Positions 59,301 through 64,000 of a DNA stretch of 64,000 nt are shown here, piece after piece (position 1 is the first letter of the stretch; the number at the start of each line of letters is the position of its first letter). The position numbers and the translations under genes were made by a program. This DNA comes from Octopus sinensis (taxonomy: Eukaryota), in the NCBI RefSeq assembly GCF_006345805.1, contig NC_043002.1, positions 55,428,001-55,492,000 on the forward strand, read 5' to 3'. The notes below the pieces were generated by a model. It was not told the DNA's origin, did not search any database, and saw only the letters and a program-made list of their open reading frames with translations.

Positions 59301-59521
59301 TTATATTATTTTTTGTTTGTTTTATATTTTATATTTATATTTTATATTTTATATTTAATTGTTGATAGTTTTTTTAGTTTATATATTGTTTATATATTGA
59401 TTATATATGGATTATATATAGGTTATATATGGATTATATATTTATATTTTTCATTCATACTTTAATTATTTTAAAATTATTATTTTTATATTTTAAAATA
59501 TTGATATTTTAGATTGGAAGT

Positions 59522-59564
59522 CCACCTGAAGATTGTCGATCAAGACAAGAAACAATTGTAGTAG
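59522..59564 (+). ncRNA. minimal type I hammerhead ribozyme, mirror copy
   Basis: CCAC-CTGAAGA-TTGTC(GATCAA)GACAA-GAAA-CAATTG-TA-GTAG. Predicted cleavage after 59560. Confidence 0.7.
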
Positions 59565-59660
59565 CGGTTTTTTTGACTATTTATTAAAATTTTATGTATT
59601 GATTAAGTCTTTCCTTGTTTGTTTTGCAAAATAGTGGTTTTGTCTCTAATAATATTTTAT

Positions 59661-59748
<88 letters not shown>

Positions 59749-59981
59749 ATATAGATGTATATGTATACATGTATATGTATAGATGTATTTCTATAGATAT
59801 ACAATATGTACAAAGCTTATAATAAAAAAACACTAGGCAGGGTCTCATAGTTTTGTTTGCCCACTCAGTTGTATCTATAAGTTTATCTTTTTCTCTTTGC
59901 ATATATATATATATACATACATACATACACATATATACATACATATATATATATTTATATATATATATATACACATACATT

Positions 59982-60040
<59 letters not shown>

Positions 60041-60189
60041 TATATTATATATATATATATATATGTAATATATACATATATATGTATGTATCGGGTAAAG
60101 AATTATTAATTAAATAATTAATAGACTTTACCAAGTACTGAAGTAATCATTTATATACTTACACACACTCACACACACACACACAAACA

Positions 60190-60234
<45 letters not shown>

Positions 60235-60739
60235 TATATATATATATGCATTTCGTAGATAGAAACTGAAAGAAATCAATCGTATATATATATACGATTC
60301 CCTTTGGCACAGGCCGGATGCAACGAGTGATAGCTTCCAACTTTGGTTCAAGATCAGGAATTTCGCAGGAGTGGTAAGTGGATTTCGTCGAACCCATTAC
60401 ATTATTGGTGCTTATTTTATCAACACGGACAGAATAAATGTCCTATTGGTGAGATACATTATAATATAATGTATATAAAATATATATTAAAGATAAAGAA
60501 ATGAGTGAAGGGAGTTGTAATCCACTCTAAGAACAAAATCAAAAACACAAACAATTGAATATATAATAAAATATTAACACTTTAATGTTTCCATACAAAA
60601 ATATATTACTCATTTATATAATAAATAATAGAAATGATATTGGCGTATATACATGTGTGTGTGATGTGTGTGTGTGTGTGCGTATGCCTGAAAGTCTTAC
60701 AAGAATAATGCATTAGAATATATTTTCTTTTCTACTCCA

Positions 60740-60939
60740 GGCACAAGGACCGGAATTTAGGGTGAGGGAGCTTGTCGATTAGATCGATCCCAGTACGCAA
60801 GTGCTACTAAATCTATCGACCTCGAAAGGATGAAAGACAAAGTGTACATCGGCGGAATTTGAACTTAGAACTAAAGCACAGACAAAATAACAATGAGCAT
60901 TTCGCCCGGTATGCCAACGAATCTGCCAGCCCGCCGCCT
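60740..60939 (-). mobile_element. tRNA-derived SINE, unit E copy
   Basis: Reverse complement of 52015-52215. Confidence 0.75.
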
Positions 60940-61326
60940 TATGTATAATATATATATTAAAGATTAAAAAATAGTATGTAGAATAAGGAAATTAGTAATT
61001 TATACAATGAATTAAATAACGTAGATATAGGTGTGTATATTTAAATATATATATAGATATATACATAAGTATATATATAGAAAAACATATTTAGATTGAT
61101 GCGCCATAGTCCCATTGGTGAAATATATATTGTTTACGATTATAAACGTGATAAGAAAATATAAGATAAAAATTGATGGAAATATTGGTATTTAACGATT
61201 AATATAATCGTCGATATGATTATTAAGTGGTGAAGCTAAAACACTTCTACATAATTGAAACGATACACTTGTATCTGATTTTTCTCTAACTGAGATTGTT
61301 TACAGAAGTATTAGAACAGGAATTAA

Positions 61327-61485
61327 TTACATAAAGGATTGTAGAGTATTTTGAATGTGGTTTATATTTTCATGAAGTGTATGGAGTGTAATTATGGTAA
61401 ACCATCGCTGCTGGATTATTGGCACATTGTCCGGTAGCAAAAGACTGTCATCCACTTCGACATTTTGTTTGATGTTTGAAAATAT
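61327..61485 (-). CDS. copy E exon 5
   Basis: Same peptide as D exon 5. Confidence 0.8.
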   Translation of the reverse strand: MFSNIKQNVEVDDSLLLPDNVPIIQQRWFTIITLHTLHENINHIQNTLQSFM

Positions 61486-61759
61486 CTGAAATATATGAAA
61501 AGAATATTGTAAATTAGGGATAAACATTAATTGATATTAATACACAGACACACACGAAGACCACACACATATACACACACACGCGCGCACACACTTATAA
61601 ACATACTCGTACGCTTAATATGTTCGACCTCCCAAGAAAGTTCTTAGTCCTCAAAGTATCACGTTATGATACACATACACATACACACGCACGAACGCAC
61701 ACATACACAACACATGTGTGTGTGTATATATATAATGTACGTATGGATATATATATATC

Positions 61760-61804
<45 letters not shown>

Positions 61805-62206
61805 CATATATATATAATATATTATATATATATATATATATTATATATTATATATATTATATATATATATTATATATATATATGTATATATATATAAGAA
61901 AAAGGGACAGGCAACAGGTTGCTTGACCGCATACCGAAAAAAGTAGAAATAGCAGTCAAAAATGCTTATTTCTAATTTCCACAAATGGGAAATTTGTGGA
62001 AATTAGAAATAAGCATATTTGACTGCTATTTCTACTTTTTCGGTATGCGGTCAAGCAACCTGTTGCCTGTCCCTTTTTCTATATACAATATATATACTGA
62101 ACTTTACAGAAGTTCCTGCCGGTAATCGGCTATATTTACATACCGAATTCTACCAGTAAATAATTGTGGTCTTTTTTTAAAAACCATTATAGAAATTATT
62201 ACCCAT

Positions 62207-62299
<93 letters not shown>

Positions 62300-62986
62300 T
62301 ATATATATATATATATCTAATATATATAGATACATATATATATATATATATATGAATTCACGTGAAATCTCACGCAGATGAGATACAATCATGGCAAATG
62401 AAACCTTTACCCCAAGATTCAATGCGACAGAGACATTTACACAGATTAAGAATCACATTTCCTAATACTAACTATATACACACACGTAGTATACGATATA
62501 TGCTACTAAGAAATATAGAAACTCATGGATGCACACGTATATCTGATAGAAAACATTTTGATAGACTAAGTTACGTTGTTAAATTTGAACGGTTCAAAAT
62601 TATTCTAATTGTAGTATTTACTTGAAATAATTAGACATTCTATGCTGGTTACATTTCTACGCATTGTTGTCAACTTAAAAGCGCCATATAATTGAGGAAA
62701 TAGCGGATGGGGTAACCTGATTATCCTCTGCACGTAACACTTTACAATAGAAATCTTAAGCAAGAAAAAAAACCTGAAGAGATTTAAGTTGTAATCGTAT
62801 GGTAACTATGGAAGGCAAGAACGCTTTGAAATGATTCTATATTTCTCCAAAGCAATCTAAAGAATGGAACCATTAATCTTTGACAACAGTTTCTTTAAAT
62901 AAACTAACCATAGCTTCCCAGATGAATTCTACGAGTAATATTTAAAATAATCATCCAGGGAGAAGTATGAGGAAAATAATTCTTAC

Positions 62987-63217
62987 CGGTAAATCCAGGA
63001 AAAGTATCGTATCAACCAAGTAATAAAGCGTTTGTTTTAAATAACAATAAAATATGGCATCAGATGTGGGAGTGAGTTTAGAACAAGCAGCGGGATAATG
63101 ACACTCTGTCTGTATACGTTTGGCAGGGGCACACAGCCTATCATATTCTCTTTTCCTCTGATTCTTCAACACAGTAACATATTGACTGAGGGTTGCAGAC
63201 ATATTGGATAGAGCAAT
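62987..63217 (-). CDS. copy E exon 4
   Basis: Open frame; splice sites mirror D. Confidence 0.78.
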
Positions 63218-63349
63218 CTGTAATAAAGTATTGTGAGAAGCATGAATTTTATTCGACAATGATTGAGATTTCTTATAAAATATAGAATCGAGTCTAGACA
63301 GAAAGTGTATAAATATTTCAAGAAAAGGTGTTTGATAATATGTCCATAC

Positions 63350-63484
63350 CTTGACTAAGTCTGTCTGCGCGATGGTGATATTGTGTTGAATGTAGAGCTG
63401 AGGGAATGTAAGTTCTGTCCGGTTGAGTAGCATATGAATAAAGTGAGGACAGCTTACCGCAGAAGCCATTGGAGTGTTGTGGCA
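63350..63484 (-). CDS. copy E exon 3 (exons 1-2 expected beyond the window end)
   Basis: Open frame; splice sites mirror D. Confidence 0.78.
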
Positions 63485-63803
63485 CTGTAGAAAAACACGT
63501 GACATATTATGAGCCTGAGATTTGGACAGATAGGATTAGAAAACAACGGAGTAGAAGTCCGTTTACATGGAACTAGTCGTTATAAATATTGATATTTACG
63601 AGAACATTATTTATATGATAGGTAATATATTATTGGAGTGGCATAACAAGAAGTGATAATAATAATAAAATAAAAAAATTAATAACAATAATAGTAGTAG
63701 TAGTAGTCGTAGTTGTTGTTGTTGTAGTAGTTGTAGTAGTAGTAGTAGTAATTATAATTATAATAACATTAATAATGCTAATAATAACAACAACAACAAC
63801 AAC

Positions 63804-63869
<66 letters not shown>

Positions 63870-64000
63870 GATGGGCTACAGCAAATATTCTGCTCAATAT
63901 CACAGATTTGCTTGTCAGTTGTTTGACCTTAACCAGTTGAGCATGTCCGTTAATGGCTGACGATATGTGCATCTCTGATTAGAAACAGAAGAAATGGGGG

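Overview
Eukaryotic, AT-rich, microsatellite-dense DNA. The SINE heads resemble octopus tRNA-derived SINEs as I remember them, so an octopod host is inferred but not proven. Almost the whole window is an amplified ~13-20 kb unit; the same anchor sequence recurs at ~134, ~20226, ~32755 and ~47470, and the last copy is mirrored. Each unit carries a copy of an unannotated 5-exon gene that the ORF track fragments. The intact copy D is join(48166..48190,48306..48463,49510..49644,49777..50007,51469..51627) and encodes a 235-aa secreted, glycosylatable, 6-Cys protein. Its helix pattern, LIF/IL-6-like motifs and 1-0-0-0 intron phases point to a long-chain four-helix (gp130-family-like) cytokine, and NF-kB and STAT consensus sites lie upstream. 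Copies: A is disrupted; B and C carry frameshifts, some probably long-read errors; D is intact; E is inverted with exons 3-5 intact, and forms a >=7.3 kb-arm palindrome with D. The palindrome centre is an A/C-skewed tandem island with near-unidirectional transition divergence, bounded by Penelope-type hammerhead ribozymes. Other content: Tx1/L1-clade LINE pieces in (TCTA)n, an R4/Dong-like 3' end in (TAA)n, a Penelope-like tandem with hammerheads in (TA)n, a dead mariner, SINEs, and several inversions. Most short ORFs in the track are microsatellite artefacts. No homology search or structure prediction could be run; motif comparisons are by eye against remembered sequences.
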